The notes: a model not told the origin generated them from the sequence alone. Positions 52,211-63,830 are shown, counted from the stretch's first letter. The stretch is DNA of 64,000 nucleotides from Phycisphaerae bacterium (GCA_018701395.1 JABIWU010000051.1:895-64894); one strand, 5' to 3'. Numbers and translations: made by a program.

Positions 52211-52873
52211 ATGGCAAACCAACCTTTACAACTCACAAAAGACATGCATTCATGGCTACAGGAACATGCCTGCAGGCCCTCTCCAGCAATGTCTGCACTC
52301 TGCAAAACAACGATGGAATTAGAAAATGGCGAAATGCTCACTTCCCTAGTGCAGCTCCAATTTCTCGCATTCCTTGCTCATTCAATTGGCGCAAAAAATG
52401 CCATCGAAGTTGGCGTATATACAGGGGCAAGTGCGCTTGCAATCGCTGAAGTTCTGCCAAAGGATGGAATCATCGTCGCCTGTGATTTGACCAAAGATTA
52501 CTGCCCTATTGCATCGACTGCATGGAAAGACGGTGGCGTGTTCGACAAAGTTGATTTGCGAATCGGACCAGCGGTTGAAACTCTTACTTCGTTGCTCGAC
52601 GAAGGAAAAGCAAATTCGTTCGACTTCATGTACATCGATGCTGATAAAACGAACAGTAAAAATTACTACGAACTTGGCTTGCAACTCCTCTCAACTGGTG
52701 GCATTATCGCGATTGATAATATGTTCTATGGTGGCCAAGTTATTGACTCAGAAACGACCGATGCAAACACCATTGCGACCCGTGAACTTGCCTCGTTTCT
52801 TGTTACTGACCACCGCATTGATTACTCACTTTTACCCCTAGGTGATGGTTTAGCACTCGCTAGAGTACTCTAG
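52211..52873 (+). CDS. Class I SAM-dependent O-methyltransferase (caffeoyl-CoA OMT-like, family 3)
   Basis: AIEVGVYTGASALAIAE, FDFMYIDADKTN and GGIIAIDN. Confidence 0.8.
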   Translation: MANQPLQLTKDMHSWLQEHACRPSPAMSALCKTTMELENGEMLTSLVQLQFLAFLAHSIGAKNAIEVGVYTGASALAIAEVLPKDGIIVACDLTKDYCPIASTAWKDGGVFDKVDLRIGPAVETLTSLLDEGKANSFDFMYIDADKTNSKNYYELGLQLLSTGGIIAIDNMFYGGQVIDSETTDANTIATRELASFLVTDHRIDYSLLPLGDGLALARVL

Positions 52874-52916
52874 TACTCGTATTCATCACAAGAACATTAA
52901 AAACTGCCTTTCAGGG

Positions 52917-52931
52917 TATAATTAACCTATA
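52917..52931 (+). promoter_or_regulatory. Possible -10 box (TATAAT) giving a leaderless or near-leaderless transcript for the FlgI-like gene
   Basis: TATAAT at 52917-52922 ends 8 nt before the ATG at 52931. No Shine-Dalgarno is visible in between, and no good -35 was found. Confidence 0.25.
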
Positions 52932-54772
52932 TGCGTACAGTCATTTTTATATTGTTGATTACTGTTAGTACCAGTTGCAGTTCAGTCGAACGAGTTGGTG
53001 ATCAAAAACGTGCCAAGAGATCAAACTCTCGTTACGTTGGTGAAGTTCCAAACATGCTCAAAGGAACGGTCAAACACCATGTCGCATTGATGGGATATGA
53101 CTCCACCTATAGCGATACCTACGAACCATCTGTAAGTTCAGGATATGGCTTGGTCGTTGGTTTGAATGGAACTGGTTCAAGCGAAATCCCGCCTCAAGTC
53201 CGTGCACATATGATTGCTGACTTAGCGCGAAGAGGCGTTGGACAATCCACTCAGGGTTTTGGGAGTATGACACCCGATGAATTAATAAATTCGGATGACA
53301 CCTCAGTCGTTATTGTTGAAGCGATTATCCCAAAAGCGGCAACTGGTCGAAAACCACCACGGTCGAATATGAAACCCGACCACCCTTCTCTTCGAGGTAC
53401 AACATTTGATGTACATGTTTTTGCAGAACCGAGCAGTTCTACTTCTAGTTTAGAAGGAGGCTTGCTCCTTCCGACATACTTACGGCTTGGGCAACTCACT
53501 ACAGGCAAGGGGCAAGCTAGAGAAGTTGCTGTTGCATCTGGACCACTATTTATTAACCCTTTTGCAGACCCAGAATCAGTTGGTAAAGATTATGTCAGTC
53601 GCACATCAGGAAGAATTCTTGATGGTGGCGAAGTAATGGTAAACATGCCAATGCGTCTCATCCTTCTTGACCCAAGCCATGCTCGAGCGTCGATGATTCA
53701 AACAGCCATTAACCGAGTTTTCCCAGAGCAACAAGGGCAAGATGGACCAACTGCTCGAGGCATTAATGACGAACAAATTGAAATCCGAGTACCCCCGTCT
53801 TGGAAATACGATATCAACTCATTCATGGAAATCATGACGCACATTACGCTTCGAGTGCAAAACCATGAAACTGTTGCGGTACAAGTTAAACGAATGATTG
53901 AACAAGACCCAAGCCCAAGAAATGCTGATGCCGCAATTTGGCGTTGGAGATCACTAGGCGATCGTGCACTTCCAATCATCAGACCACTCTACGAATACCC
54001 TGATGAAATTCCTCGACTTGCTGCCCTTCGCGCAGGAGGTGGGCTCAAGGATCCGATGTGTGTACCGCATCTAATCGATATGGCCAACGATGATATCGGT
54101 TTGGGCAATCGACTTGATGCGCTCGATTTATTACAAGAAATGCCTGCAGATTTCCGCATCGAAATTGGACTTCGCCCACTTCTCAACTCGCCCGATTTAG
54201 AAATTCGATTACATGCTACCGAAACTCTCGTAGCACGCAATGACCCTGCAATCGACAAATACACCATTGGAAATAAATTTGATTTAATTGTTGTTGATTC
54301 AGACCACAATACAATTTACGTTACCCAAACTGGCGTGCCAAGAATAATTTTGACTGGCAACATCAATATAACACGTCCTTTGACAATGCAAACATGGGGC
54401 TCTGACTTGCTTATCAAAGAATCGAAAACGAACGAACAAGCACTTGAAGTTAAATACAGAAACAACACCGGACACTCGTATCGATACGATAATATTTCTC
54501 CTAGTTTACCTACCTTCACAATGTTCCTTTCTCACGTTACTACACCAGAAGCACCCGCCCCGGGTTTAGACTTGACGTACAGCCGGACAATTGGTGCTAT
54601 TCATTCTCTTTGGCGCCAGCAATACCTCAATGCTGACTTTAAAGTAGAACAAGACCGCCTTCTAGCTGCAATTCAACGGTTGACATCTGAAACAACCTAC
54701 ACCCCAAGACCTGAGTTTGGCACTGAAGAAACCGAAGAAGGCGAAGAGTTAGATTCTCGTTTCCTAAAATAA
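52931..54772 (+). CDS. FlgI (flagellar P-ring)-family protein, enlarged (613 aa), lipoprotein-type signal, with HEAT-like insertion
   Basis: The signal is LLITVSTSCSS. SSGYGLVVGLNGTGS (53141-53179) is the FlgI hallmark, and SLEGGLLLPTYL resembles FlgI SLRGGTLL. An internal HEAT-like segment lies at about 53935-54250. No other flagellar genes are in the window. Confidence 0.65.
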   Translation: MRTVIFILLITVSTSCSSVERVGDQKRAKRSNSRYVGEVPNMLKGTVKHHVALMGYDSTYSDTYEPSVSSGYGLVVGLNGTGSSEIPPQVRAHMIADLARRGVGQSTQGFGSMTPDELINSDDTSVVIVEAIIPKAATGRKPPRSNMKPDHPSLRGTTFDVHVFAEPSSSTSSLEGGLLLPTYLRLGQLTTGKGQAREVAVASGPLFINPFADPESVGKDYVSRTSGRILDGGEVMVNMPMRLILLDPSHARASMIQTAINRVFPEQQGQDGPTARGINDEQIEIRVPPSWKYDINSFMEIMTHITLRVQNHETVAVQVKRMIEQDPSPRNADAAIWRWRSLGDRALPIIRPLYEYPDEIPRLAALRAGGGLKDPMCVPHLIDMANDDIGLGNRLDALDLLQEMPADFRIEIGLRPLLNSPDLEIRLHATETLVARNDPAIDKYTIGNKFDLIVVDSDHNTIYVTQTGVPRIILTGNINITRPLTMQTWGSDLLIKESKTNEQALEVKYRNNTGHSYRYDNISPSLPTFTMFLSHVTTPEAPAPGLDLTYSRTIGAIHSLWRQQYLNADFKVEQDRLLAAIQRLTSETTYTPRPEFGTEETEEGEELDSRFLK

Positions 54773-54953
54773 TACCTATGAAACATTCGCTTTTTGAGGG
54801 CGTATTCGCTGTTTTTTACTTGGCAAAAGCGTAATTTTCGCTACTATGTGCAATGTAAACCCAAATTGGGTACCCACAAGGGCTACGGTTGCCCTTGGTA
54901 CATGGGATGGCTTTAGGATGAAGCCTTGACAAATGACAGGAGGTCTTTTTTTC

Positions 54954-57900
54954 ATGCGGTTATCAAAAATTACAATTGCTGGTTTCAAGTCATTTGCCGA
55001 TACAACGGAGTTTGTTTTTGATGCACCCATCATCGGAATTGTCGGACCAAATGGTTGTGGCAAATCTAATGTAGTTGATGCAATTAAATGGGTACTTGGG
55101 GAACGCTCTGCTAAAAGTCTACGCGGTGAAGCAATGCTCGATGTAATTTTTGCTGGCTCGGCTGTTCGCAAACCATTAGGAGCTGCAACTGTCACACTCA
55201 CTTTCGATAACCCCGTCACGAATAAAAGTGCTTCGGACCCTTCCGAGCGCCGTTTCCTTTCTGTAGATACAGATGAAGTCGGAGTAACAAGACGACTTTA
55301 CCGCGATGGTAGAAGTGAATATTTAATCAACGGTAACAAAGTTAGATTAAAAGATATTCGAGAACTTTTTCTCGACACTGGCATTGGAACAAATGCCTAT
55401 TCAATTATTGAACAGGGTCGTGTTGCAGCGATGCTGCAAGCTAACCCCAGTGAGCGAAGAGGCATACTCGAAGAAGCCGCTGGAGTAGCGCGATTTAAAA
55501 CACGCCGAAAAGAGGCAGAACGAAAACTTGAACGCACCGAAGTTAACTTAGTTCGTGTTCGCGAACAACTTGCTTCAACAGAAAGACGGTTACGGATCGT
55601 CAGAGCCCAAGCAGAAAAAGCGCGCAAGTTTACGGCCCTTGATGAACGATTCCGTTCAATAAGAACAGACGTTGCGCTTGACCAATTCCACGAGCTTTAC
55701 ACACAATTACATGGGTTAACGAGCAGACTTTCTTCACTCGAAAAAGAACGTCAGCAGGTTGCCTCCGTCATTATTGACCAAGAAGATGCGAAACGACAAG
55801 CAGAAGTTGATCGACATACATTGCAGTCAAGCCATCAAACACTTATCCAAGAATCAACCGAACACGAATCTACAATTCGCCATTCCCAACAACGAGTTGA
55901 AATGATGGACCGTTCGAGTAACGAATCGAAACAACAAGTTGATGATGAACGAAACCGACTTCTTGAAATGCAAAATAGAGAAAACGCTCTCTCAGGCCAA
56001 CGAGAAGGTGCTTCAGAACAAATCGCTGCATCTGGAGAACGTTTGGCTGAAATTGACCGAACAGTCGAAACGATTTCAAGCGAACATGCTTCATTCCAAC
56101 AAAAAGTTGTCGAACTGCAAGATTTACTTTCAGCAATTCAAGATACCCTTGAAGAGGAAACAGGCAAACAATCTCGGTTGCATGCTATTGCCCAATCTGC
56201 AAAAGAGCGATTGAACAGCCAAATTGAGCAGCAAGTACGAACAGAAAAAAATAAACTAACTGCAGAATCAGAACTCGAAACGCTTCAGAAAAATCGCGAG
56301 TCCACGGCTGCATTAATTAATGAAGCGACAAGAACATCGCAACAACATGAAGCAGTTTTGAAGTCACATGATAGTGCTGCGCATTCTCTTGGCGAACTCG
56401 CAGAAGAATTAACCAGCGATTTAGAAATAATGCGCCACCAACGTGCAAGTTCTGGGTCGCGATTGCATCTTCTAGAAGAAATGCAACACGCTCGCGAAGG
56501 TTTGACCGATGCTGTCAAATATGTTCTGGATAATCCAGATCAATTCCCGCAAGTCAAAGGGATGCTCGGCGATGCTATAGATGCAAACCACGCGGATGCG
56601 AACTTAGTTGAAATTGCACTTGGGCAAAATGTGCAACTTCTATTAGTTGATTCAAACGAAGCAGTGACACAAGTGGAATCAGCACTTGACAATGTCAATG
56701 GTCGGATTGGATTAATCCCAATGGATGCCACAAATGATAATGCGAGTATTGCGCACTCCCCTGCGACAGCGTTGCTTACTTTAATACAAATTGCAGAGTA
56801 TGCAAAGGATGCCGCCGCGAAAATACTCGGCCAAACTGCTGTTGTAAAGAACATGCAAACAGCAATTGAAATGCAAAGCAAAATGCCCGGTTGGCGATTT
56901 GTAACGCATGACGCTGAATTAATTGAAGCTGATGGAAGAATGTTCGTAGGCAAGTCTACAGCAGGCGACCAGAAAGGCTGGCTCACTCGAAGAATTGAAA
57001 TCAATGCTCTAACCGTTGAAGTTTCAGCACTCGACCAACAAATCGATCAGAGGCAATCACAATTAAGTGAATTGCTTGACGAAAGCGAACAAGCAAAACA
57101 ACAACAACGAGACTCGGCAGCGAGAGTGCGTGATGCACGAAATTCAGTTGTCGAACATGAGTACCAACTACAACGAATCGATGATGACACGCATCGTTGC
57201 ACCCGGCAAGTACACGTCCTTACTGAAGAACATGATGAGCTCAGTCAACGAATTTCGCAGAGTAACACACAGCTCGCAACTGCTGAAAACGAAGCGACCG
57301 AGCTCACAACCAAAATTATATTGCTCACAACCAATCGTTCTACAGAACGGGACAATCTCGACCAAGCTTTATCGCATTCGGAAACTACAACCGAAACACT
57401 TACTGCTGCTCGAGTTGACCTTGGACAGGTTGGAGAAAAACACGAAGCAGACAGGCGTGAACTACGTCATATCGATGCGGCACTTGAAGAATCTGTTCGT
57501 CAACGAACGTTACTTCAAGATCAAATCGCAAGACGACTAGGTCAACTTGAACAATTCGAAGCTTCAAAACAAGAAAGTCGAGAAGAAATAGACCGTTGTA
57601 AAGTTGTAGCAGAACAATGCAGAATCGGACTTGAAGCGTTCAATGAAAAAATGCGTATTGCGGACGGGGTGGTTGAAACTGCTGGAACAACACTACAAAA
57701 CACTCGTGAGCTGGGTGAACGACTCGTGCGAGACTTCCATGCACTTGAACTAAGTCGTCGAGAAGCAGAAATCAACAGGGAAAACCTTGAAGACCGCACC
57801 ATTGAAGAACTTGAACTTGATGTCAGCAGTGCGTACAGCACATGGCGCGCGACCAAAGGTGAATCAGAGCGCCCAACAGAGAACCGTGAAGAAATGGACG

Positions 57901-58694
57901 AAGAAAGCACACTTCTTCGAAATGAAATCAAGAAACTCGGCAATGTTAATCTGGATGCGATTGAAGAAGAAAGCAATCTTGAAGAACGCAATGTAGATTT
58001 AGCACAACAAGTCATTGACATTGACTCTTCCGTCGAATCGCTCACTTCACTTATTGATGAACTTGAAGTACTAAGCAAAACAAAGTTTGAGGAAACATTT
58101 AACTTAATCCGTGAACACTTCGCGGGACCACAAGGGATGTTCAGAAAAATGTTCGGTGGCGGTAGTGCAGATATTATGATGTTGCCCGACGAAGATGGAA
58201 ATGTCGACCTTCTTGAAGCAGGCATTGAAATCAAAGCAAAACCGCCCGGAAAACAACCTCGAGTAATTTCGCAATTAAGTGGAGGCGAACAAGCAATGAC
58301 CGCTGTTGCTCTTCTACTCAGTATTTTCAAGGCAAAACCATCGCCGTTTTGCATCCTTGACGAAGTTGACGCGGCACTTGATGAAGCAAATACCCACCGC
58401 TTCGTCCGTTCACTTCACCACTTCCTCGTCAACAGTCACTTCATTGTCATTACGCACCATAAACGTACAATGATTGAATGTGACAAATTGTACGGCGTAA
58501 CAATGCAAGAACGAGGTGTTTCAAAACACGTTGCTGTTACAGTAGATGACGTTGGAAATAAAGGCGAAATTGCAGCATCAGTGCTTTCCAAGCCAGCTAA
58601 TGTAGAGCAAGGTACTCCTGAAATGACTACAAAAATAGTCGACGAGGTACCAATCGTTGAAACACCAACTTCTGAACCTGCAAATGTAGAGTAA
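54954..58694 (+). CDS. smc: Chromosome segregation protein SMC
   Basis: [14 protein letters not shown], Walker [10 protein letters not shown], long coiled coils with a central hinge, signature [14 protein letters not shown] and Walker [18 protein letters not shown] lies 9 nt upstream of the ATG at 54954. Confidence 0.95.
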   Translation: MRLSKITIAGFKSFADTTEFVFDAPIIGIVGPNGCGKSNVVDAIKWVLGERSAKSLRGEAMLDVIFAGSAVRKPLGAATVTLTFDNPVTNKSASDPSERRFLSVDTDEVGVTRRLYRDGRSEYLINGNKVRLKDIRELFLDTGIGTNAYSIIEQGRVAAMLQANPSERRGILEEAAGVARFKTRRKEAERKLERTEVNLVRVREQLASTERRLRIVRAQAEKARKFTALDERFRSIRTDVALDQFHELYTQLHGLTSRLSSLEKERQQVASVIIDQEDAKRQAEVDRHTLQSSHQTLIQESTEHESTIRHSQQRVEMMDRSSNESKQQVDDERNRLLEMQNRENALSGQREGASEQIAASGERLAEIDRTVETISSEHASFQQKVVELQDLLSAIQDTLEEETGKQSRLHAIAQSAKERLNSQIEQQVRTEKNKLTAESELETLQKNRESTAALINEATRTSQQHEAVLKSHDSAAHSLGELAEELTSDLEIMRHQRASSGSRLHLLEEMQHAREGLTDAVKYVLDNPDQFPQVKGMLGDAIDANHADANLVEIALGQNVQLLLVDSNEAVTQVESALDNVNGRIGLIPMDATNDNASIAHSPATALLTLIQIAEYAKDAAAKILGQTAVVKNMQTAIEMQSKMPGWRFVTHDAELIEADGRMFVGKSTAGDQKGWLTRRIEINALTVEVSALDQQIDQRQSQLSELLDESEQAKQQQRDSAARVRDARNSVVEHEYQLQRIDDDTHRCTRQVHVLTEEHDELSQRISQSNTQLATAENEATELTTKIILLTTNRSTERDNLDQALSHSETTTETLTAARVDLGQVGEKHEADRRELRHIDAALEESVRQRTLLQDQIARRLGQLEQFEASKQESREEIDRCKVVAEQCRIGLEAFNEKMRIADGVVETAGTTLQNTRELGERLVRDFHALELSRREAEINRENLEDRTIEELELDVSSAYSTWRATKGESERPTENREEMDEESTLLRNEIKKLGNVNLDAIEEESNLEERNVDLAQQVIDIDSSVESLTSLIDELEVLSKTKFEETFNLIREHFAGPQGMFRKMFGGGSADIMMLPDEDGNVDLLEAGIEIKAKPPGKQPRVISQLSGGEQAMTAVALLLSIFKAKPSPFCILDEVDAALDEANTHRFVRSLHHFLVNSHFIVITHHKRTMIECDKLYGVTMQERGVSKHVAVTVDDVGNKGEIAASVLSKPANVEQGTPEMTTKIVDEVPIVETPTSEPANVE

Positions 58695-58700
58695 TTGCCT

Positions 58701-59504
58701 CTATAACCAATTTGCTATTGCATTCCAGACTTCTTGAAGTTGCACTGAAGGCGCATCATCAACAGGGAATGGATTTTGTGTATTAAACACATGGTCGCCA
58801 CCGGGAATAGGTTTCATTGTTGAAGCAGGCAAAACTGCATGTATCGCGTGTGCTGCTGCAACTGGAACAGTGGGGTCCTCTTCACCATGGATAAGAAGAA
58901 CATTGTTTTTATTTGTTTTCAAAAGTGCAAGTAGGTCATGCCCCTCAGGGTCATCAAGTTGTTCTTGCAGAAAATTAGTCCCGACTCGAAGTACTTGATT
59001 TGTGCGTGAGGATGGAGACTCAATAAAACCGTCTTGCAATAGCGCTTGCTGCGATTCCGCTGTGAGTTGGTTGCACTGGGATGGCGCACTGAGGGAAATA
59101 ATTCCATCGACTTCGACTGTACCTCTACCAAGTGCTAAGAGCGAAGCTAGTCCGCCTCTTGAATGCCCAAGGATAATCATTGGAATGCCCTCAACTTGCA
59201 ACGCCTTCGTCAAAATTTCCAAATCTTCTACTTGCGTATTCCACGATGCCGCTTCGAATAAATCGGGGCGAACGAAAGGACCGTCTTCGGCGAGCATGCC
59301 AGAGTGTGAAAAGTTGAATCGGTGTGCAATCCACCCCCTCTTTACAAACTGCTCAGCAAGCCATGGAAGCATACCGTAGTCTTTGTATCCTTTGAATCCG
59401 TGGCCAATAAGCACAACTCCAACCGTAACGCTTTCAGGCTCATGCGTTGTTCCATGTATACATTGCCCGCGACTTCCTTCTATTTTCCAATCAGTGCAAC
59501 TCAT
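58701..59504 (-). CDS. Alpha/beta-fold hydrolase
   Basis: Nucleophile elbow GHSRGG. The C-terminal LIHGEEDPTV and GGDHVF are consistent with the Ser-Asp-His triad. Confidence 0.75.
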   Translation of the reverse strand: MSCTDWKIEGSRGQCIHGTTHEPESVTVGVVLIGHGFKGYKDYGMLPWLAEQFVKRGWIAHRFNFSHSGMLAEDGPFVRPDLFEAASWNTQVEDLEILTKALQVEGIPMIILGHSRGGLASLLALGRGTVEVDGIISLSAPSQCNQLTAESQQALLQDGFIESPSSRTNQVLRVGTNFLQEQLDDPEGHDLLALLKTNKNNVLLIHGEEDPTVPVAAAHAIHAVLPASTMKPIPGGDHVFNTQNPFPVDDAPSVQLQEVWNAIANWL

Positions 59505-59550
59505 TCATGCATAGTACTCGACAAAGCTGACAAAATTTGGTGTCTACGCG

Positions 59551-60270
59551 TTAACGAGGCGGAATTACTAATACCATTCCAATTTGTAAACTTGCTGGGT
59601 CGATACTTGGATTTTCCTGTGCGATTAGAAAATACTTGTTGACATCGTCATAGTAATCACCAGCAATGGAACTCATCGTTTCACCTTCAAGCACTCTGTG
59701 TGTCTTGCCATTTGCAATTGGAGTGCTAACTGGAGTAGTCGCTTTCACAGGAATACTCTTCTTTACAGTCGCTCTTGCGGGTAACCGAAGTGTCCTGCCT
59801 GACGAAATCCTTGATGGATCATCGATACCATTGAGGGTTGCAATTTCACGCCATGAACGATAGCTTCCTAATTCACGAGATGCAATTTCTCCGAGGGTTT
59901 CACCTTCTTTTACAATGTATGTCCGTATTACTGTTTCATGTAATGCAACAGGCTGTGGCTTTTCTATTTCAACTATCTCAACTGGCCCTTGGACAACTGG
60001 CGCAGATAACTCCCCATCGATAACTACAGGTTCAGGACTCTTTATTGGTGCATGCACAGGTTCAGCATCCGGATTGACGATTTCCACAACAATAGGAGGA
60101 AAACCAAGCTTAATTAATTTTTCTTCAGCATCCCCACCAAACATACTAGGTCTTGGATTATCTACTAATTGTGCTGTGCTTTGTTGCGGAGGCGCCATTC
60201 CATAATAAACGACAAGTGACGCGAGCAGAAGAACACAAATTGAAACAACAGCTTTGCTTGTACCTGACAT
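59551..60270 (-). CDS. Membrane-anchored protein with two LysM domains
   Basis: N-terminal TM AVVSICVLLLASLVVYY. LysM 1 is YIVKEGETLGEIAS...LNGI...GRTLRLP. LysM 2 is HRVLEGETMSSIAGDYY...GMVLVIP. Confidence 0.8.
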   Translation of the reverse strand: MSGTSKAVVSICVLLLASLVVYYGMAPPQQSTAQLVDNPRPSMFGGDAEEKLIKLGFPPIVVEIVNPDAEPVHAPIKSPEPVVIDGELSAPVVQGPVEIVEIEKPQPVALHETVIRTYIVKEGETLGEIASRELGSYRSWREIATLNGIDDPSRISSGRTLRLPARATVKKSIPVKATTPVSTPIANGKTHRVLEGETMSSIAGDYYDDVNKYFLIAQENPSIDPASLQIGMVLVIPPR

Positions 60271-60347
60271 AAGTAAGAAGCCCTCCTTGGCACCTATCTA
60301 TATGTTCGGCTGTTACCTGTAATTTTCTTGAAATTAGCGTGTTTTTC

Positions 60348-63300
60348 CTAAAGTTCTAACTGGTTCTTCTTTGGTGAGTGGCTTTTGAAGACAAGCGGTG
60401 CTGCAATTGCAACAGAACTGTACGTCCCGACAAAGATACCAATCAATAGTGCAAATGCAAATGGGCGAATTCCGCCACCGCCAGTCCAATAGATGATTAT
60501 GACAGCAATTAATGTTGTCAGTGATGTCAGAACCGTACGGCTAATTGTTTGGTTAATTGAAGCGTTCACAATTGCTTGCGTTGGTAGCGGACGCTTGCCA
60601 CGGTTTTCACGGATACGATCAAGAATCACAATGGTATCGTTCAACGAATAACCAATAACAGTCAGCAACGCAGCAATGACGCCGAGGTCAATTTGGAATG
60701 CTTCAATCTTCAGTGCTTGACTGAAAAACGTAATATTTGCAACGTACCCTGCCAGCGCAAGTGCGCCTAGGGTTACTAAAACATCGTGCAACAAAGCGAC
60801 AATTGCAGCGAGCGAGTAGCGTAATGAACCAAATCTAAACCAAATATATGCAAGAATCCCAAGCAGTGACAAAATAACCGCGACGATTGCATTTGCCTTC
60901 ATGGTTTCTGCTATTTGCGAGGAGAAACTACTTACTTGATCGAGCGATTGCGGTTGTGACAATGCAGTTGAAACAAGTTCCCATTCGTTTGATGCTACGC
61001 GTTCATCAACAACTTCAGGATTGTTCTTGAAGTAATTCATGTCAGGGTCATACACCGCGACTGCTACCGAAGCGTATCCGTCACCAGCGCCTCGTTTCAC
61101 GCCAAACACTTCTGTTTCACGGCCACCAGCATCACGGGCATACTCTGGTTGTTGTCGCATACGTTCGATTCTTTTCTGAATATCTTCAAGCGTAGCCGAC
61201 GGCTCTATATTTTCGATGATGAGTAAAACGCCACCGCGATAATCTGACAAATCGCCTCGGGCACTTGTGCCGAGAATTTGACCTACGGTTGTTGCGTTTT
61301 GTGGAATCTGATTTGTGTATTTTTCAAATGAAGTTGTGCCAATTCCAGCAAAAGATAAAGCAGGCGGAAGATCAAGATCATTGCCAAACGCTTCGGTAAT
61401 TGCTTCTACCACTGTTTCAGTGACAACGGCATCATCTTCGATGCCTGGCGGGTTGGATACTTTAATTTGGAAACCGTCAGAAACCACTCTGCCATTTGCA
61501 TCAACTTGCCCCTCACCTATGGTGAGAACCGTAGCGCCAGCAAGTTCAGCGAGAATTTGATCCATGTTGGAATCGCCTGTTATTGCTAAACCAATTGCAT
61601 GCACGCGAGATTCCACAGAGTCTTCGCCAGTATGCGCTAGGAGTAATCGTTCATCTTCAACAACACGCGTACGCATTGTCATTGAAACACCGCCACGGAA
61701 TTCCGTGTCGAGCATCGTAACTCCACGATCTAAGAGCAAGAAGATTGACATGCCACAAACGACAAAACTTAGTACCCAGAACATTTTCCTCATGCTAACC
61801 CAGTCAACAGCAGGATGCAACATTTTTGCAATTGCAGGAACAACTGTGGGAAGCATTGGAAGTTTCCTCACGCCAAATACGTCTATGTAAATCTTAAAGA
61901 TAACTCTCGTCACAAATAGCGATGTAAAGAGTGTCGCAATAATGCCAATCGAAAGCGTAACAGCAAAACCTTTGACTTCAGTCGTGGCAGTGCGATACAA
62001 AACAAAACAAACAATCAAGTTCGTCAAGTTTGCGTCGATAATTGTGGAGTACACCTTGTTGTACCCTTCACGCACCGCTACACGTAAATCTTTTGCGCCT
62101 GCATTTATTTCTTCTCGAATACGTTCGTAAATCAAAACATTCGCATCAACTGCCATACCCATCGTCAAGACAACCCCTGCTAAACCTGGAAGAGTGAAAG
62201 TGCCATCGATGAGTGCCATCGTTCCAAAAATCAAAAGCCCATTTGCAAGAAGTGCGAAGTCAGCGATGAGCCCTGCTGCCATGTAATAAAACAACATAAA
62301 CGCCATGACTGCAATAATTGACCAACCAAGCGCGCTCATGCCACGGTTTAAGTTATCAACACCGATTGAAGGACCAATGATGTTTACAGCAATTGGGTCA
62401 CTACTTAAACGTGCCTCGAGAGAGCCAGCGGCGAGTGTTCGTAACAAGTATTGAATTTCGCTTTGCGAGAAACTACCTGTAATTTGCCCTTGGCCATTTA
62501 TTTGCGAATTGAGATTTGGTGCTGTATACACTTGGCCGTCAAGCACAATTGCCATCGCTTCATTGACGTGGGGGCCAGTCATGCGTCCCATTTTTCCACC
62601 GCCTGCACCGTCAAGTCGGAAAGCAATCGCTGGTCGACCAAACTGGTCTGAAGTTTGGTATGCACTTGTCACGGACCATTTGTTGCCGTTTTTGTGCGTC
62701 ATGCTACGTGAATCATCGTTGTACAGAAGCAAGTAAACGTCGCCATCGTACTCAGCCGCCTCAAGTGAACGGGAAGCAAGATACGCTTGTGGGCTTGCAA
62801 GAAGCGATGCCAGTTGCGCAGGAGTTTCTACCCATTGCTCGACATTGTTGATTGGGAACCAACCCGCAATTGGAGAATCCGTATTGTCTGGCCCTACTGA
62901 AGCCAATTGTGAACGCAATTCAAGAATATCAAGGCCTTCTGCCTTTCCTATTTGAACTGCAATGCGGAAATCTAAAACACCCGCTCCACGAAGCATTCGA
63001 ATTAAATCTTCTGGATCATCAAAACCAGTTCGTTTTTCTTGATACTCATTAAAGGAATCAATCAACAACCCGAGTTCATTTGAAAGATGTGGGTAACCAC
63101 TTTCAAGTTCAGCAAACGCAACATCGCGTGGTGCAATGCCTCGTAACACTTCGTCTGTATTTTCATCTCGTAGTACTCGACCTGCGTCATCTCGAAGAGG
63201 GTCGCCCATCGGAGAAAGTTGAAGCAACCGTGCAATTTCGTTTCTATCAAGGCTCATCGAAAGCAATTGCTCACGAGTATCTTCAAAATCAATTTCAGAA

Positions 63301-63830
63301 TCTGCGACTTGTTGTTCAAGTGGGCCATTTGATGGTTCTTGAGCTAACTGTGCAGATGAAGATTCTAGTTCGTCGTACATCCGTTGCAAGTCACTCACGA
63401 GTGTTCCGCGGGCGCCTTCACCACCAAAGACTTCAACCGCTTTTCCGTCTGCAAGTGCAAGATCTAGTGAACCCGGACGAATTTGTGCCCCATCAAGCAA
63501 TGCATCAAGAAATCCACGATGCACACTGGCAAGTTCTTTCACTTCGGAACTTGGCATAGGCATTACCACTTCAATTCGGTCTGTGCCAAGCGGTGTCATT
63601 TGAATATCAAAAACACCGTCAGGATTGACGCGTTCTTTAAGAACTTCGATTGTCTGAGATAGAACTGCTTGCCTGTCAACACCTTCATCCATTCTGACTG
63701 AATAAATCAAACTGACCCCGCCGCTTAGGTCGCGACCGAGCCGGATTTTTTTGTCAGGAGGTGTAATTGCAAATACACAACCGATGAGAAGTAGAACAAT
63801 GAGGATGATCTTCCAGAGGAGATTCTGCAT
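60348..63830 (-). CDS. secDF: Fused protein-export membrane protein SecDF (enlarged periplasmic domains)
   Basis: 1160 aa. The SecD start motif is LGRDLSGGVSLIY. There are two RND-like 6-TM bundles: GMAVDANVLIYERIREE for SecD, and GYSLNDTIVILDRIREN for SecF. Confidence 0.9.
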   Translation of the reverse strand: MQNLLWKIILIVLLLIGCVFAITPPDKKIRLGRDLSGGVSLIYSVRMDEGVDRQAVLSQTIEVLKERVNPDGVFDIQMTPLGTDRIEVVMPMPSSEVKELASVHRGFLDALLDGAQIRPGSLDLALADGKAVEVFGGEGARGTLVSDLQRMYDELESSSAQLAQEPSNGPLEQQVADSEIDFEDTREQLLSMSLDRNEIARLLQLSPMGDPLRDDAGRVLRDENTDEVLRGIAPRDVAFAELESGYPHLSNELGLLIDSFNEYQEKRTGFDDPEDLIRMLRGAGVLDFRIAVQIGKAEGLDILELRSQLASVGPDNTDSPIAGWFPINNVEQWVETPAQLASLLASPQAYLASRSLEAAEYDGDVYLLLYNDDSRSMTHKNGNKWSVTSAYQTSDQFGRPAIAFRLDGAGGGKMGRMTGPHVNEAMAIVLDGQVYTAPNLNSQINGQGQITGSFSQSEIQYLLRTLAAGSLEARLSSDPIAVNIIGPSIGVDNLNRGMSALGWSIIAVMAFMLFYYMAAGLIADFALLANGLLIFGTMALIDGTFTLPGLAGVVLTMGMAVDANVLIYERIREEINAGAKDLRVAVREGYNKVYSTIIDANLTNLIVCFVLYRTATTEVKGFAVTLSIGIIATLFTSLFVTRVIFKIYIDVFGVRKLPMLPTVVPAIAKMLHPAVDWVSMRKMFWVLSFVVCGMSIFLLLDRGVTMLDTEFRGGVSMTMRTRVVEDERLLLAHTGEDSVESRVHAIGLAITGDSNMDQILAELAGATVLTIGEGQVDANGRVVSDGFQIKVSNPPGIEDDAVVTETVVEAITEAFGNDLDLPPALSFAGIGTTSFEKYTNQIPQNATTVGQILGTSARGDLSDYRGGVLLIIENIEPSATLEDIQKRIERMRQQPEYARDAGGRETEVFGVKRGAGDGYASVAVAVYDPDMNYFKNNPEVVDERVASNEWELVSTALSQPQSLDQVSSFSSQIAETMKANAIVAVILSLLGILAYIWFRFGSLRYSLAAIVALLHDVLVTLGALALAGYVANITFFSQALKIEAFQIDLGVIAALLTVIGYSLNDTIVILDRIRENRGKRPLPTQAIVNASINQTISRTVLTSLTTLIAVIIIYWTGGGGIRPFAFALLIGIFVGTYSSVAIAAPLVFKSHSPKKNQLEL

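Noticed and set aside
54776-55219. 147-aa minus-strand ORF spanning the smc start region
   Set aside because: It overlaps the conserved SMC N-terminal Walker A region in antisense and has no motifs. The intergenic part contains a 7-bp hairpin (CAAGGGC 54877-54883 / GCCCTTG 54891-54897) that is not followed by a T-run, so I did not call a terminator or RNA either.
57542-58354. 270-aa minus-strand ORF inside smc (also 56540-57004 and 56285-56518)
   Set aside because: It is the antisense of the Glu/Leu/Arg-rich SMC coiled coil, which gives a Ser/Leu-rich artefact. SMC is continuous and conserved on the plus strand.
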